A stretch of 64,000 nucleotides of DNA, taken from Raillietiella orientalis. Its lineage: Eukaryota. The position numbers and the translations under genes are program-made. Position 1 is the first letter of the stretch. Each line of letters begins with the position of its first letter. Below are positions 1 to 13,089 of this stretch, one piece after another. The notes beneath the pieces were generated by a model. That model made no database searches. It saw nothing but the letters and a program-made list of their open reading frames with translations, and was not told the DNA's origin. The stretch lies in contig JAYWIR010000055.1 of NCBI GenBank assembly GCA_036172245.1, positions 124,001 through 188,000 of the forward strand. The letters run 5' to 3'.

Positions 1-399
1 CTTGCATCGCTAATGGTTGCAGGTATTTCATAAGATGAACGGTGTTCAACCAATAGTTCGTCCCGCGATTATCGGAAAGTTGCGATTTTACTTTTCCATG
101 CAATAAAACTCTCTCAGCAGCACGCTTTTTGCTAGCAGCCCGTGCCACCATCCGCGTAAACGGCCGTGTGTGGTCGGCGGGCGTCCACGCGCGGCACCCG
201 ACCGTCGCGACCGCGAATCCTCATGGGGGACCCACGACGTGGGTTTCCGCAGTCTTCGTAGTATGTTGAAGCTGAGACGCCTCAGGCTTCGCGTGTGCAC
301 TGCTAGGATGACAAACCGGGAACAGCGGAAGCGGTGGGGTCTTTCTCACCGCTCCACGCACGCTTCCGGTGCGTGGTGGAGGAAGGAGCCTTGTGGGCG

Positions 400-1150
400 T
401 TACCCCGCGTGACGGTGCGTTGCCCAGCCTCCGCGATGACCCGTCGGGTGCTTAAGTACTTAGCGGGCACAGCAGCGAAAACCAAAAGAGAAAAAACAAA
501 AACAAGAAAACTGGAAGGACGTGAAAGACAGCGACAAGGGATCAGGATTTCCATCTTCCACTCTGTCCTTGGGCATCTGGATGTGACCGAGAGCGGGACT
601 GCACTTCTGCGCTCGATTCGATCTAAAATTTCTTGGGAATACCTGATGTTTATGCTTGCATTTTTTTTTTTTTCCTTTTAAAGCCTGGAGTGCTTCCCAT
701 TCCCGTGCCTCCTCTTCATCCGTTAGCATCGTCTGTCCATAGTCTTGTAGATTTCCGCGTTCGTGGTCACGTTGAACGTAACGACGTTTCCATGCCCTCC
801 GTGACACCGTGGCGAGCACCTCCGAGCAAACGTGCTGTCCGCCGGCTTGCAGTTCCATTCCCCGGATTCGAAAACCGGGATGAAAACCGGGAACTCCTTG
901 CGGAAGGGGTTGCAGGCGAGCTTTCTGCGCACCGCCCCACTTCCGCAAGTTTCCCGACCTCTCCGTCGACTGCTCGATCATCATCGAAGTTTTGCATCGT
1001 CCGAATTTCTCTCTGGGCACGCTCGTGTTTCTCTCCAGAGCTCCCGAGAGTTGTGCTCGAACGTGATGGATGGGTTCGCAATTCAGGAAGCCCTCTCGAA
1101 ATGGAAAGTCGATCGAAAACTTCGCATTCCCTGGGAACGCGTGGAGATCA
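400..1150 (-). mobile_element. Possible very old non-LTR element 3' remnant
   Basis: Minus strand 545->465 reads TGATCCCTT + U-rich tract + GCTGCTG, the same 3'UTR opening seen in the Tx1-like copies. The upstream peptide is not recognisable. Confidence 0.3.
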
Positions 1151-3271
1151 TTCAAATTAGAGAGGATCTTTCGGGAAATGAGGACGTACGGTCCCCCTCA
1201 TTATCCGCCGAATGCGGTATATCATCATCATCCTGGGTGAAATCAAAGGTGGTGATCACGCCGGGCCTTGTATGTGCCCTGACAAGTGTTTATACTTTGC
1301 GTTTAGGAGGTGTTCCGAACTCGTCGCTGGGCACAAGTGTTTCGTGAAACGGCGGGCTTCTTGCGGGTGCCAAGAGGAGCTCACGAGCAAAGCCCGAGGA
1401 CTGCTTCACAGAAAGGGCGTCGGTTTTGCGCCGTTGGTTTTCCAACTGACGTTGGCCGGAAAAAATTCCCAAAGAAACCGTACTTTAACCGTGCCTTTGC
1501 CACTCATTTTTGGAAAGAAAAAATAAAGCAGAAAAAAGTGAGCTCGCGTAAGTGAATATTCAGACGGTGCTCCAAGAAGATTCTGAAATATTTGTTGTAC
1601 AGCCCGTAATCACCTTCAGTGAAGAAGCGATGAGTTTCCAAACTGTCTGTCGTCCCTCGACAGTGTCTTAAGCGAGGTTAAACCGAAATCGAATTGCAAG
1701 ATATGCGAGGGTGTTCAGGGTCGAAAGTGAACACCGTGGAGTTTTTTGTAGTCGAGCAAAGGGGATTTTTTCAGCCGGGAGCCGAAAATCGGGAGGCAGC
1801 GTTCGTCTCACCCACAGCGCAGTTTCCATGTATGCGTTCCGTTTGACATCAGAGGAGCGTGCATACCAAAGTTGTGATTCTTTTTTTTTTTTTTTTCCTT
1901 TTTTTACACATAAATAAACACGGAAAACAGGTGCTCTCGCCGCGGTCTTACGATAACGTGGAAAACACGAACTGTGCTGATTCCGTGGGTATCGGAAACG
2001 CTTTCCTGGCATATTGATGAGGCGCAGGTCGTCGCGAAACGCTCTTTCTTGCTTTTGTAGTGAGTACTTCTTGTTGGTATTCATGAAATCCGCTCATCCT
2101 TTGAGCCATCGATGCTTCAGAAATCGTGTGCTCAGGCATTTGGCTGAGAGCCAGAATAAATTAAAATTAAATCCTGCTCTTATTGAACGTGCACCGCAGA
2201 GAGGCGTTTGAAGTTTGGCCTTGAGATTCTTAGATTCCTGGGAACTTCGGCAATCAGGTTTTCAAGAACAGCTTACAGTGCATCCGAGATTATCCACCTC
2301 GGGTTTTCAGGAGAAGCAGGGGAAAGGCTTTGATGCCGTTCGCTTCCTCAACCCCATGCATCGGTTTGGAACAATCAGCAGCTGTAAATTACCATGCAAA
2401 TCCAACAGATTCAGATCTGCGCAGAATCTCTTCAGCCAAGGAAGAACTTGTTTTGCACGTTTGCCGCCACCCCAGAGGCGCCATCGCACTTCCTGGCGGG
2501 TCCACACGGTTGCCCCAAAACAAATCGTCGCATTGCAACTGAGACTGCGTGCCCACTCTCCCGTCGCCCAGGAGGACCTTAAAAGTCCTAGTTGGGATCC
2601 TCGTGACAGCATGTTGTTTCCCATGGGACGGAACCATTTCTTTCCCTGTGATCGTGCCCTGGAGGTGCTTCTATCTGTCTAGACTGAGGGAAGGAGCCGC
2701 CTTGATATTTTCATATGGTTTGAGGCCCTCCTGTCCTTGCCCTTATTCTCTCGCATTCGGTGCCCTTCTCTGCAACCCCAGCTGGCAACCTCATCAGTAA
2801 GCCCACGGTTGTTGTCCCGTGATGCTCCCAAGGTGATACTCCCGACTGTTATTCTGACAGGAGTCTCATGACATTCTTCAAGTAGTCTCTGGAGCAGATC
2901 CTGCATCCACCAGTTCACGCAGGGGGGGAGCTCGAGTTGCTCCAGCTCCTGTGGATTGCATTATCATATTGCGGATTGGGGGGCACCCTGCCTGCAGTGG
3001 TGGCCGCTCTACCAGACACGTGGTTCGCGTGAATCGCGCGAGGTCCTGCAAGCATCCGGGGAGACCTGTTGGCACGGATGTTCTTCGACATGATTGGAGT
3101 GGTGGGACGGGCTGATGTTCCTCGCTTCTACCCCGTTTGCTTCCTGGATGATGGGGATGAAATGCCAATTTCATCTCACCATCACTATACCTCGTGGCTT
3201 CTCTGAGAGAACCAACGCGTAGGTGCCAGCAAAGGCATCATGGGATGGATGCACGATCCTCGGTGAAGGGG

Positions 3272-4750
3272 TTTTTCACCCAGTCACGCCCAGGGCGTTG
3301 ATTTTACAGAGGGAAACCAGTTGGGAATACGCGCATTTGCGAGCGAAGACAAAGCAAGTTCAAGGGTACTGTCCACCGACGCGCAGGTCGGGATATCCGA
3401 AAGCTCGGAACGGGATGGAGGGGAAGGGGGACAACAAAAAAAGTGAAGAAATATGGGAGGAATAGGGCGGGGGTCTTTGGTGTGCTCCTCACATGCCGGG
3501 AAAAATATATAAAATAACGGGAAAAGTCCGGAACGAAAGAGAGTGGACAATAAAAAAAATAAGTGAATAAAGAGAGGATGGCGTCAAGGGTCACCAGCGC
3601 ATCATGCAGTGCCGGTTCTGAAATGAAGGATACCGGTCAAGGATCATCGGTGCCCTTCACTTCAGAACCGGTGCTGGATGCCAGCGATCTCCTTCACTTC
3701 TTCTTCCAGGTGGGGCCACCTTGCAGCCGTCCTCATGTTGGCGGCTTCCATCCTGCTGACCTCCTTTCGCTACGTGGTGCTCTCCAGCACTCGGCCGGCC
3801 GTGATGATGGCACGGATGCAACCCATGGTTGCAACCACCGCGCCTGTCGAGAGGCCTCTTCGCGCGAAGAACCGACGCAGCACGCCTCGGGCGGTGTCCT
3901 CCTGGTGCACGAGTGCTGCTGCCAACCTTCTCCTTCACGGTTCCTGGAGGGCATCACAGTCCAAAGGCAAATGCGGGATCGACTCCGTCAACCCGTACCT
4001 GGCACAGTTAGGAGATGCAACCCCTCCGGAAACTCGATGCCGTAGTCGCTCGTTACACTGGAATCCCCAATGGATGAAGAGCAGTACGGTCCACTTCCAG
4101 GCGAGGAATCCTTGACGGCCCTTCGCCTGGAAGCGGGCCATCCCTCAAGGGGGAAGCCAAATCCCCACATCCTGTAACTGATGCTCGGCAGTAACGAGAA
4201 CGGTCCTCCGCTGCCAGGGCATCTCCGTAGGATGAGAAGTGCAGGCACACAGAATGGTGAAGAGGTGGACATAGCAGATGTGGGATTTGCACTATCATGG
4301 AAGTTGGTCCTGGAAGTTCTTCCTTGGTCCATAGATGTGGACCGATTCATTCAAAGAAATGGGAGAACGGAAGTTCCGTCCTGCTTAACCCTGTCGACCT
4401 GTTTGGGTTGGATATTATTACCTTTTTCTCTGGCGAATAATTGGGTGCCCTGGATACCTTTGCTCCCTCGTATCCATGAGGCGGCAAAACACCTCGGGTC
4501 CTCCTGATTTGTTAGGAGCGACCTTGGGCCTAAAATCCGTGACACTTGGTGGGTAATTTCGACTGCAGGCTCCCCCATATCGAAGAAGGATTGCCAGCAG
4601 CAGCACTTGGACCTCTTGCAAGATTCGCGTCGCCGGACATTTGCATTCTTACGGAGGTGCGAGAGCCCGAAGGGTTTGCGAACTGTCCGTGGAAACGGGA
4701 GACTCCCCACTTTCCGGAGCAACCGTCGTCTTCCTTTGGTCCGGAGGATC
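3272..4750 (-). mobile_element. Tx1/L1-like non-LTR retrotransposon 3' fragment (copy G)
   Basis: ORF 3935-4141 gives a zf-RVT-like segment, LLFIHWGFQCNERLRH..SPNCARYGLTESIPHLPLDC. It is followed by a U-rich 3'UTR (~3500-3590) and the terminal CGCCCTGGGCGTGACTGGGTG-AAAAA ending at 3272. The 5' limit is uncertain. Confidence 0.7.
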
Positions 4751-4974
4751 ACTTGCTGACGTCGTTTGCCAGCGGTCCCTTACCGATGGTCGCAATCCAA
4801 AACGTCAAAAAGGGTTCGTCGATGCTGTCTCTGTGCGCTCGCCCCAATCTGGGGTGACCGATTTACCCCTCGCTTGCTCGGGGCTTTCTTTCCCTTCCCG
4901 ACTTGGTCATCTTGGATGGCAAACGGGCGGATCCATCTGGTCGGATCGCTGGCTCCTCGATGGAGGTTTTGGTT

Positions 4975-5895
4975 TCCGAATGATTTTAAAAATAAATACG
5001 CATGCTTATTATATATGGATTTATGATAAAAAATAAATGTGTATGTTTCTTATGTATATTAATCTATATACTCACATATAGATTTATGTACAGATTTATT
5101 TTAACATGCATATTAATCAATACCCATTCGCATATACAGTGTCAATATGATTAACAGCAACAATTAATGTATTACTGATATATATTAAAGATTGTAAAAA
5201 TAAATGTATGCGTACGTTAACGTATGTATAATAAATGCATATTAAATGAATACATAAAGATCAACTTATAAAAAATAATGACTAATGATGACAATGAAAA
5301 ATGCTGAAAGAAAATAAAATAAAAAAGCAAAAAAGGAATTTCGTATTTCATTTTCCCATCATTTCCAACGCTCAATAAATGATCCTTTCTTAGATGAATT
5401 CTGTTTTCGAGATTTTTATCGTTGGCTATATGTACACATACTTGTGTGTATTTATAATTCGATATTCATGTATTGATTTCATATACACTTATTATATATA
5501 TAAGTATATATCAACATATATAGCAAACACACACATATACTATAATCTTCGATGTATACATTGATAAGACACATTTATGATTATATTAATAAATACGTAT
5601 ATTAAAAGAAATGTGTATATTAATCTATATAAAAGACATGTATATTAATTTATTATGCTGTTTGAAATGTATATTTATCTATATATTAATTTATATATCA
5701 GTATGCATACTAATATATTTAATAAGATTTTGTATTTATTTTTTGTTATCCTTATAATGTATATGACTCTGTAAGAAAATATTTATATCAGTGTAAAAGA
5801 ATGCTTGCTAATGAATATTAATAGATATGCATGTGAACACACTTCTTATTAATTACATATAAACATGGATGTGCATATCTATCTATTTTTGCTAA
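4975..5895. repeat. AT-rich island with degenerate TGTATATTAATCTATA repeats
   Basis: Abrupt AT-rich block. Exact 18-mer TGTATATTAATCTATATA at 5053-5070 and 5614-5631, with variants at ~5108, 5639 and 5680. Confidence 0.75.
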
Positions 5896-6675
5896 TCTTG
5901 CGTGTGCTTCCCGACCCCGTGATGACCGACCTCCGACCTGCCGCCCCTCCCCGGGAATGCTGGCAAAACTTCTTCCACGCTCTTGGAGGCGGAAGTGGTT
6001 TCAGCGTACCTCCGCACGTTACTCTGCGCAGGTGGATGGCCACTATTGGCCAGGACGGAACCACACGGCGGTTGATCAGGGCGAGCAATGGTGCTTGAGG
6101 ACGGCCTGGGGTGACGGCGCATCCAGCTGGAGTGGCGCCACTCTTGCGGACTGTCACTCCTCCCAGTCCGATTCCATCTGGATCCAGGTTCGAACGCGCC
6201 AGCATCCACCTGCTTTTTTGCTCGTGCTGCCGCTGGTGATGAAGTGGTTCACTTTCTGAAACGTTGATGGGTGGCAGCAACCCTCCGTTTTCTGGCCCGG
6301 GTGATCGCGAATTGGCCAGCCGCACCTCTTCCGACCTTGCTCGGCCTTCTCGCTAGGCAAATCGAAGGTCGTCTCGTCTCCTCCTCGTCAAGGGGCACCT
6401 CCCACCGGTTCGCTGTGACGCGGACCGCCATTTTCTTTCATCTCTTGCATGCTGGACTCTTCCGACTCTCCCAGGGAAACGCAGGCACTGCAGGAGCGTA
6501 CGAAATGCTCGTCTTCTGACAGCCATCATCAACCTTCTTCCTCCCGCCTTCAAGTTGGGACCTTCCCTTTGAAACTGCGCGTGCGCAGCATCTCTCAGCG
6601 TCAGCACCTGCTCGAGCTCCACCCGGTCTTTGACTGCGACCTATGCTTTTCATCGAAGGCGCTCCAGCCGTTGCT

Positions 6676-7484
6676 CGGACCAGCCCACGCAAGCTGCGAC
6701 CCCAAGTGCTCCCCCCCTCCCCACCAGGGCTTTTCCGCTGGGGCGTGCTACTGGGAATGCCAGAGGAAGACCTGCAGTGGCCCCAGTGCTTCTAGACAGA
6801 CGCACCCTCCCTTTGAAGTGGCAGGAGTCGGCGTTGCTGCTGCTGCTGCACTGAGACCCCCCGTGCAACGCCCGCCGCCGTCACGGGACACGGTGTGTGT
6901 GTGGACCCCAGCTGTGGCAAATGCGGGGAGCATGATTCCCTCCCCCACCTGCTTGTGGCACCTGTGTTGTCCTCCGGCCCCACTGGGAACGCTTTGCCGC
7001 GACCCAAGGAATCCCCGGCGGCATCTCTAGGGACGCTTTGAAACCTTTCCTCCCACGTGACGCACTTCGGCATGCAGCCTCGCTTGCAGCCCTCTGCTGC
7101 CTATGCGGGATCATCTCTGCCTGGAAGCGCTGCAAGGGGAGGACTCAACGACAGGGGTGCCACAACCACTTTGCAGTCCGCTTCCTGAGGATGGCAACGA
7201 GATGGCCATAGCTGAACATCTCCATCCATCAAGAGCTTGCCGGCATCCTCCAAAGGTTCGCCCCCAGCAGTGATCCCTTCCCGCACCCCACCCCACTCTC
7301 AAAATTGTTTTATTTCTAGTTTTGTTTCTATTTCTTTTTGTTTGCCCCCCTCCCCTCTGCTGCCGTGGTGGACCTCACCGGCCTGCGAACCGGTGAGCCG
7401 GAAGGCTCCCGGAAAAAAGCGCGTGGTTCCCTGTAAATGTTTATTTTTATTAAAATGAACGCTCCGGCATATCCTGGGTGAGAA
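6676..7484 (+). mobile_element. 5'-truncated Tx1-like LINE (copy A) with probable TSD
   Basis: Encodes TLPLKWQESALLLLLH...CGKCGEHDSLPHLLV (zf-RVT), followed by TGATCCCTT and a structured 3'UTR. Flanked by TCCAGCCGTT(G/C)CT at 6663-6675 and 7485-7497. Confidence 0.85.
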
Positions 7485-8699
7485 TCCAGCCGTTCCTGGT
7501 TCGCCGGTGTGAAGCATATCCTTGGTGACCGCTTCCCGTTGCTTTCGCGATGGCAACTTCGCGAAGCGCCGTTCGCTCTTCCGGCCTGTAACTGCATTCG
7601 TCTCGGTTTTTCCAGCGAGGTGGCGGCAGAAGAGGTGGGTTGGATTCCACTCGGGAGGGGTCGGGGTGATGGACAGCCCTCTTGCAGCCAGCACGCGGAT
7701 TTTCAAAAGAATGCTGCCGAGGTGGCTCGGGAGGGCACCCTCGGTGCCCCCACACGCCCCCAGAGACTCTTTCAGTCGGCCTCCCTCCTGGGAACCGATC
7801 CGTGCTGCCGAACTCCGCAACGAAGATGGGAACGGGGCGCGTTCCGGGTGGATCAGTGGACAAGACGTCGGGGCTGATGCCCGACTCCAGAATCTGCTGG
7901 TCCGCCTCCGGAGCCGGTTTTCACGGCAGGCGGGAGACGCCGTCGCGACTACGGTTCCCAGGTGCAGCCGGAGGCAGCGTTGTGCTGCGCTACAGTGTTA
8001 CCAAGGGAAAAGGAAGAGTCCTCTGGCGAGCGACCGGGATTCGCTCGCGGGACCGTCTCTGGAAGTCGCAAGCGCCCGTTGGGGCGAGGCTGGCGCCGGA
8101 ACCTAATCGCCCCTGGCTCTTTCTAGTCACCCTTCGGTCTCTTGGACGCGCTGTCTGTTCGTCTTCGCCGACCTCAGGTCACGGGAAGTCATCCCGGCCA
8201 AGACTGCCGCGACGAGCTGCCTTGATGGTTGGCTGCTCCCGAAGAAGTTCCATGTGAAGGAGGTGTCTGTGGTTGGGGTCTCCCCCCTGCGTGTTGCGAA
8301 TGTCCCTGCAACCTCAGATGGGGAGACAGACGAGGGAGCCGCACGCAGGCACCCCCCTTCGCCCGTCCCTTCTCCCGTTGCGGTCTTTCTCCCAGGAATC
8401 TTTCGGGACTTCACCCGCGGCGCCTCTGCCAGGGCGATTTCCTCTCGGCTTCTCGCTTGAGGCTGTCGCCATCCACACCGGAGATTCTCAGGGTGATGCA
8501 CCAGAGGGAAGAGTGCCACCTCTGGTGGGACAGGCGTACCCTCCGTCTTCTCTGCTGCTTTCCTTCTGGCAGCCCGCCACGAGCGTCCAGGTCACGCCCC
8601 TGGAGCACTTCTCGTTCGAACGCACACCATCCCTCCAGGAGGCACTTGAGGTTTTTTTTTTTTCTTCTTTTTTTTGGGGGGTGGGGGGTGGGGAGGGGA

Positions 8700-9170
8700 A
8701 GGGAATCTCCTCCCTATTTTCTCTGGAGGAACCTCCGATTTGTGGGAGCCTCTCCTCGCTTCATCCCCTGAAGAGAACCTTTCATATTTTCTGATTTCCC
8801 GGAAGGGCGCTCCCCGAAGAGAGAAGTGCGCTTCTGCACACACTGGAGGGTCCCCCCTCCCTTTTAGGGAAGGGGCAGGTCCCTTTTCGCAAACAGAAGG
8901 GAACCTGGGAGAGCTCCTTGGTTGCTGGAAGGAGGCCTGAGGGTCGGTCCACTTCCCGGCCACTCAACGGGGCATCCAAGGACCTCCGGCTGTGCCTCCC
9001 GCCAGTGCCTCTGCAGGCGAAGCCAATGGAGGCGAACCATCGCCATCTTGAGGGAGGACCCGAAACCCACAACGTATCCCCCCTTCTCGTCGCCACTCCT
9101 TCCCTTCCCCTAGCGGGATTCGAACCCGCGACGCCATGCCCGAACGCCGCTCACGTGCTCCGCCCGTCCC
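8700..9170 (-). mobile_element. tRNA-headed repeat / SINE-like element (copy S1)
   Basis: Minus-strand T-arm GCGGG-TTCGAAT-CCCGC (B box at 9115-9126). The body is homologous to 14040-14500, 27860-28400 and 38330-38640. Confidence 0.7.
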
Positions 9171-10836
9171 CAAAGGGCCTCGACCTATCCTCTCGACGTC
9201 ACTTGCCTGACCTCTGAACCCAGAGATCTTACGACGATCCCTGGCAGCTTGCCCTCTCTCCGCGTGGCCTTGCCTCCTCCTCCGGGGCCGCGGCTGGCGA
9301 TTGGCAAGGACAAGAGGCTCCCCACTCCAGCGGGATCGCCCTGCCTCCTCCCTGGAGCGGCCGGTCTGGCTTCCTCCTCTGGTGGACTCCCGGGATGCGT
9401 CAGTTCGGAGTCGGCAGCTCCCGGTTTTCTGCGACCCGGTTCACCATGCCTCACGACACCGCTGTTAGGCAATCCCGACCGAGCTGCTTTCCCGAGCGAT
9501 CGAAAAGGTGCTGCTTCCAGCGCAAACGGGATGGGGGGGAAGGGGGAGAGCTGCGACCAAAGCAGATCGCCGCCGCGTCTTCCCGCGCAGGTGCTCACTG
9601 CGAAGTTTCCTCTTCCGACCCTGCAGCATCCTCTCGACCGGCGCGCGAGTATTCAACGAATGCCGGCGCGCCGTTGTCGGCAGCCTTGGGTCGTTGACCC
9701 TGGCTGGCGAATTCCACGGTTGCTCGTTCGAGGACAGCTCGAAGTGGAGATGCCTTCAGGGTCTCCCCTGCATGTCGCGAGTGCCCCTTGGACCTCGGAC
9801 GGAGACGGAGAGGGTCCGTCTGCTTTCGAGAACCTCAGAAGAGGGCGTCGCATGCGACACCCTCCCTCCGTCCTTTCTTTGCGGCCCTTCTCCCGGTAAT
9901 TTTTCGGGACATCACTTGCAGCGTCTCTTCCAGGGCAATTCCCTCGCGACTTCCGCTTTTCCCTCTGGACTGCTGAGCGAGCCAGCGGCCCGGAGGGCGG
10001 CGGAGGCTTAGCCTAAGAGCTCAAGTCTTCACATAAAGACGTTCCAGAAGTTCCTCCGTGGAAGCGCTGCAGCTCTCCCTGGGGTTGACTTCCGGGAGAC
10101 CTCCTCCCCCGTCCATGCACCGTCCCCCGAGGAGCTCGTGCGATCTCCGAGCAGCGAAGATCGGAAAGGCACGCAGGAGCGCTCGCTGAAGGAAGGGGGG
10201 GGGAACCAAGGTCAAATTTATCTGGGAATTTGCGTGAGGGTATGGTGGCCAATTAGACGCTGGACCTCCAGGATAGTCGTGATGGGTTCGGGCTGCTTCC
10301 ACGAGAGGCAGCAACGCAGACGGTGGCAACGTGGTCCGGGGAAATCCGCCCTTCGGCTGACGCCGTTCGGTTCACGCAGCGCGCCGTGTCCTCAGCGGAA
10401 GACGAGCAGCCGCTGCTGCCGCCGCCGCAGTAAACAAAGTCGGACCCGTCCGCCGCCCGCAGACGGCGGTCGCGGGCGAAAGAATGTGCGCTCCGCCGCG
10501 AGCAGCAGCGGCGGCTCGAAGACAAACAGCGAGCGCGTGCGCGCGCGCACCCACGGCCACGTCCGCGCCTCGTCCTCGGCGTTGTTTTCGCCGTGGATGG
10601 TCTCCGCGCCCACCTCCGCTCCCGTGCATGCCTGATTTCCGTTCCAGGACGCATTCGCTTGTTTGTCTGCTCTTCGAATTCCGCCCGGGGGCCACGGTCG
10701 CCGGCGATGATAAATAAAGAGATAACTCGCGACGTCACGGGTGCCGGTGGGAACGGCCGGGCCTGTCGGCCGACTCGGGAGCGAGCAGCCTGCCGGTTTC
10801 CATTCACGCCCGCGCGGGGAACGAGCGCCCCGTGGA

Positions 10837-10940
10837 GCCTCCGCACCAGCGTGCCGGGTCCCACGGGCGACGGAGGGAACCCTCCGTCACGCCTCCGCGC
10901 TAGGGTGCCAGGCCCCACGGGTGACGGGGGAAGGAACGCG
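10837..10940. repeat. Two-copy 54-bp tandem repeat containing a perfect 9-bp inverted repeat
   Basis: GCCTCCGC..AG.GTGCC.GG.CCCACGGG.GACGG starts at 10837 and 10891. GACGGAGGG-AA-CCCTCCGTC lies at 10869-10888. Confidence 0.7.
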
Positions 10941-13089
10941 CCGGCTGTGGGTTCAACGGTTCGCACCTTCTCCGTAAGAATGGGGACCACTTCCCGAACC
11001 TCATCCCGGTCCCCACTCGAGGAAACCCTGTAGTTTCCGTGTTGACCTCTCCCGTTCTCGGGTCGCCTGGTCGGCTGACCCCCTCGACCGACGGCAGCGC
11101 CCGCGTGGCCGCCCGCTCGAAGCGCGCAGGGATTAGGTGACCTGTGGGAAGTGGATGCCGTCCCTGGAGACAGTCCGGTCCACGCGCGGCAATCTGCAGA
11201 GGGCGGAATGGGAAGTAGTCCGGCGGGGGCAGACATTCGCGCGCCATCGGGGTCGGGAAAGGAGGGGCAGACGGAAGGGGTCGCGGAGAGGACCCCTGGC
11301 TTCCGGTCAGGGGCCGGCGATGATACAGAGCTGCCGCTCCCGCGGGAGAGAAGCAGCAGAGGGAAGTGGAGTGGACCCAGTGGCCGCGTTCCTTCGAGCC
11401 TTCTGCCGTTGTCACTTGCGGCGCGCCCGGGTCTCGAGCGGATGGCCAGGTCGCGCTCCAAACGCCCCGCTCGCAGCCGGTGGGCAGAGCCGCGACCCGC
11501 CCGCAAGAGCGCAGCTCTTGGACACACCTGTTCTCGCTTGCGCTTCCGGAGAGCCGGGACCACACCGGGATTCGTCGCTCCTGCCTTCCCCCTGGCTGGT
11601 CGTTGCTCGATGTCGAGGCGGAGAGGCTTTCCGGGAGGCGTCGGGTGTCTTCGCCTCTCCCCGATGGTCACCGTGCAATAAGTGGCATGTGCGAGTCGCT
11701 CCCCAGTGCAAGGTCAGAGCCCGACCTCGGTGGAATCGGCAGAAGGATCGCCATGGATACTGACGACCGTTCCAGGTGACCTCAGGGCCGTGGACTGCAA
11801 CGCAGACTCTGAGGGATGCTCCGTGCGCCTCCCGTGAAACCCGGGAGGCAGAGATTCACCCTAGGGTCTTTTCGGGGTCTCCAAGGCGAGGTCAGAGCTG
11901 CGTTTCCCCGCAGAGCGAGGTCGGGGGCAGTTGAGGTCTAACGGGCTTCCTTCAGTTCTTCTCCTTGCACGGAGGGTGGGGAGGGGGCAGTCTTAGTCGC
12001 GACTTCACGTGGCGCCGGGAAGAGTCACTTCCGGTTTCGCTGGAGGCTGCTGACCGACGGAAGCGGTCCGTGCTGCCGGGAGGACACGCTTCATCACTCT
12101 CGACGGCGGTCCATCGCCTGCCCGTCCCTCCCGACCGGGACGCATCCAGAGATCGGACCCAGAAGGGGAAAAGGAAAATCGCCCGAGGTGTACGCGGGGC
12201 AGTCGGACGAGCCGGAAGCCATAGAGATGCAGCCTCCTCCAGGGGTCCCGGCCGGATGAAGCCGCCATCTTACAGACAGAAAGATGGAATCCCTTGGGCG
12301 GGTCCATCGACGGCGGCGCCCCTGCAGTAGATGGGTCCGCCAGCAGTCCGCGTGCAGCGCTGGGACGCCCTCCGGTGGTCCCCACCCTTCCTCCTCGCTC
12401 TGCGGCACCCGCGCGACGCGAGTTCCGCCCCTGAGGGCGGCCTCTGACGCGTGGACCAAAGGGGGCGATGGCGCACCTCAGCCGCCGAAGGTTTCACCGG
12501 AGGCTCCTCTGCTGCCCGGAAAGAAAAGGCCGTGGCAGCGGGAGAGTAGCGAGGGCCGCCTTCCCCCCTCCACCCACCCCTCCCTCAGCGAGCTCCCAGC
12601 AGAAGCCGGGAAACTCCGCTGACCTTTGCGGTCGTGCAGCCGCTCCCTCCCCGCCGGGACGGTTCCTGCTGCCCGTGTGAACGGTCTACTCTGGCGTCCG
12701 GGTCGTCTCAAAGCCCCTTGACCCCCTGGGGCGCGAAAGTAAGGCCACCCGAAGGAGCGCGAGTGTAGCGATGGCGACCACCGCTGCTCATGAAGAGACA
12801 TATTGCGAAAGACGGGGAGTGGGCGCCCGTTCTCTCCCCTCAGGGCTCTTCCTCTTTGGCGCGCTGCTGTGCCTCGCCTCCGGGACATCCTGAAAGTACC
12901 CGTGGTTCTGGATGAAGGATCCACTTTCGCTCTCTCCTACGCATCAAAGGCCGGTAGCGACCTCACGGGGAGGTCCCTACTATTGGCCTACGATGGCATC
13001 ACCCGGCTATGCCGGGGCACTGCTTACATCAGATTGTACATGATATATGATATAACGTATATGTACGTGTGTGTATGTTTGTGTGTGAT

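Noticed and set aside
408..470. HDV-like ribozyme resemblance (CCCAGCCTCCGCG, GACGG/CCGTC-GG, TGCCC/GGGCA)
   Set aside because: The P3 helix does not pair and the J4/2 CNAA motif is missing. It also lies antisense to a putative LINE 3'UTR.
5900..6670. Possible APE endonuclease relic (MKWFTF*NVDG, DLCFSS) hosting copy A; similar weak ORF1/RT-like bits at 2300-2900, 9700-9900, 12880-13020, 23200-23600 and 59170-59690
   Set aside because: Motif spacing is imperfect and too degenerate to call without a profile search.
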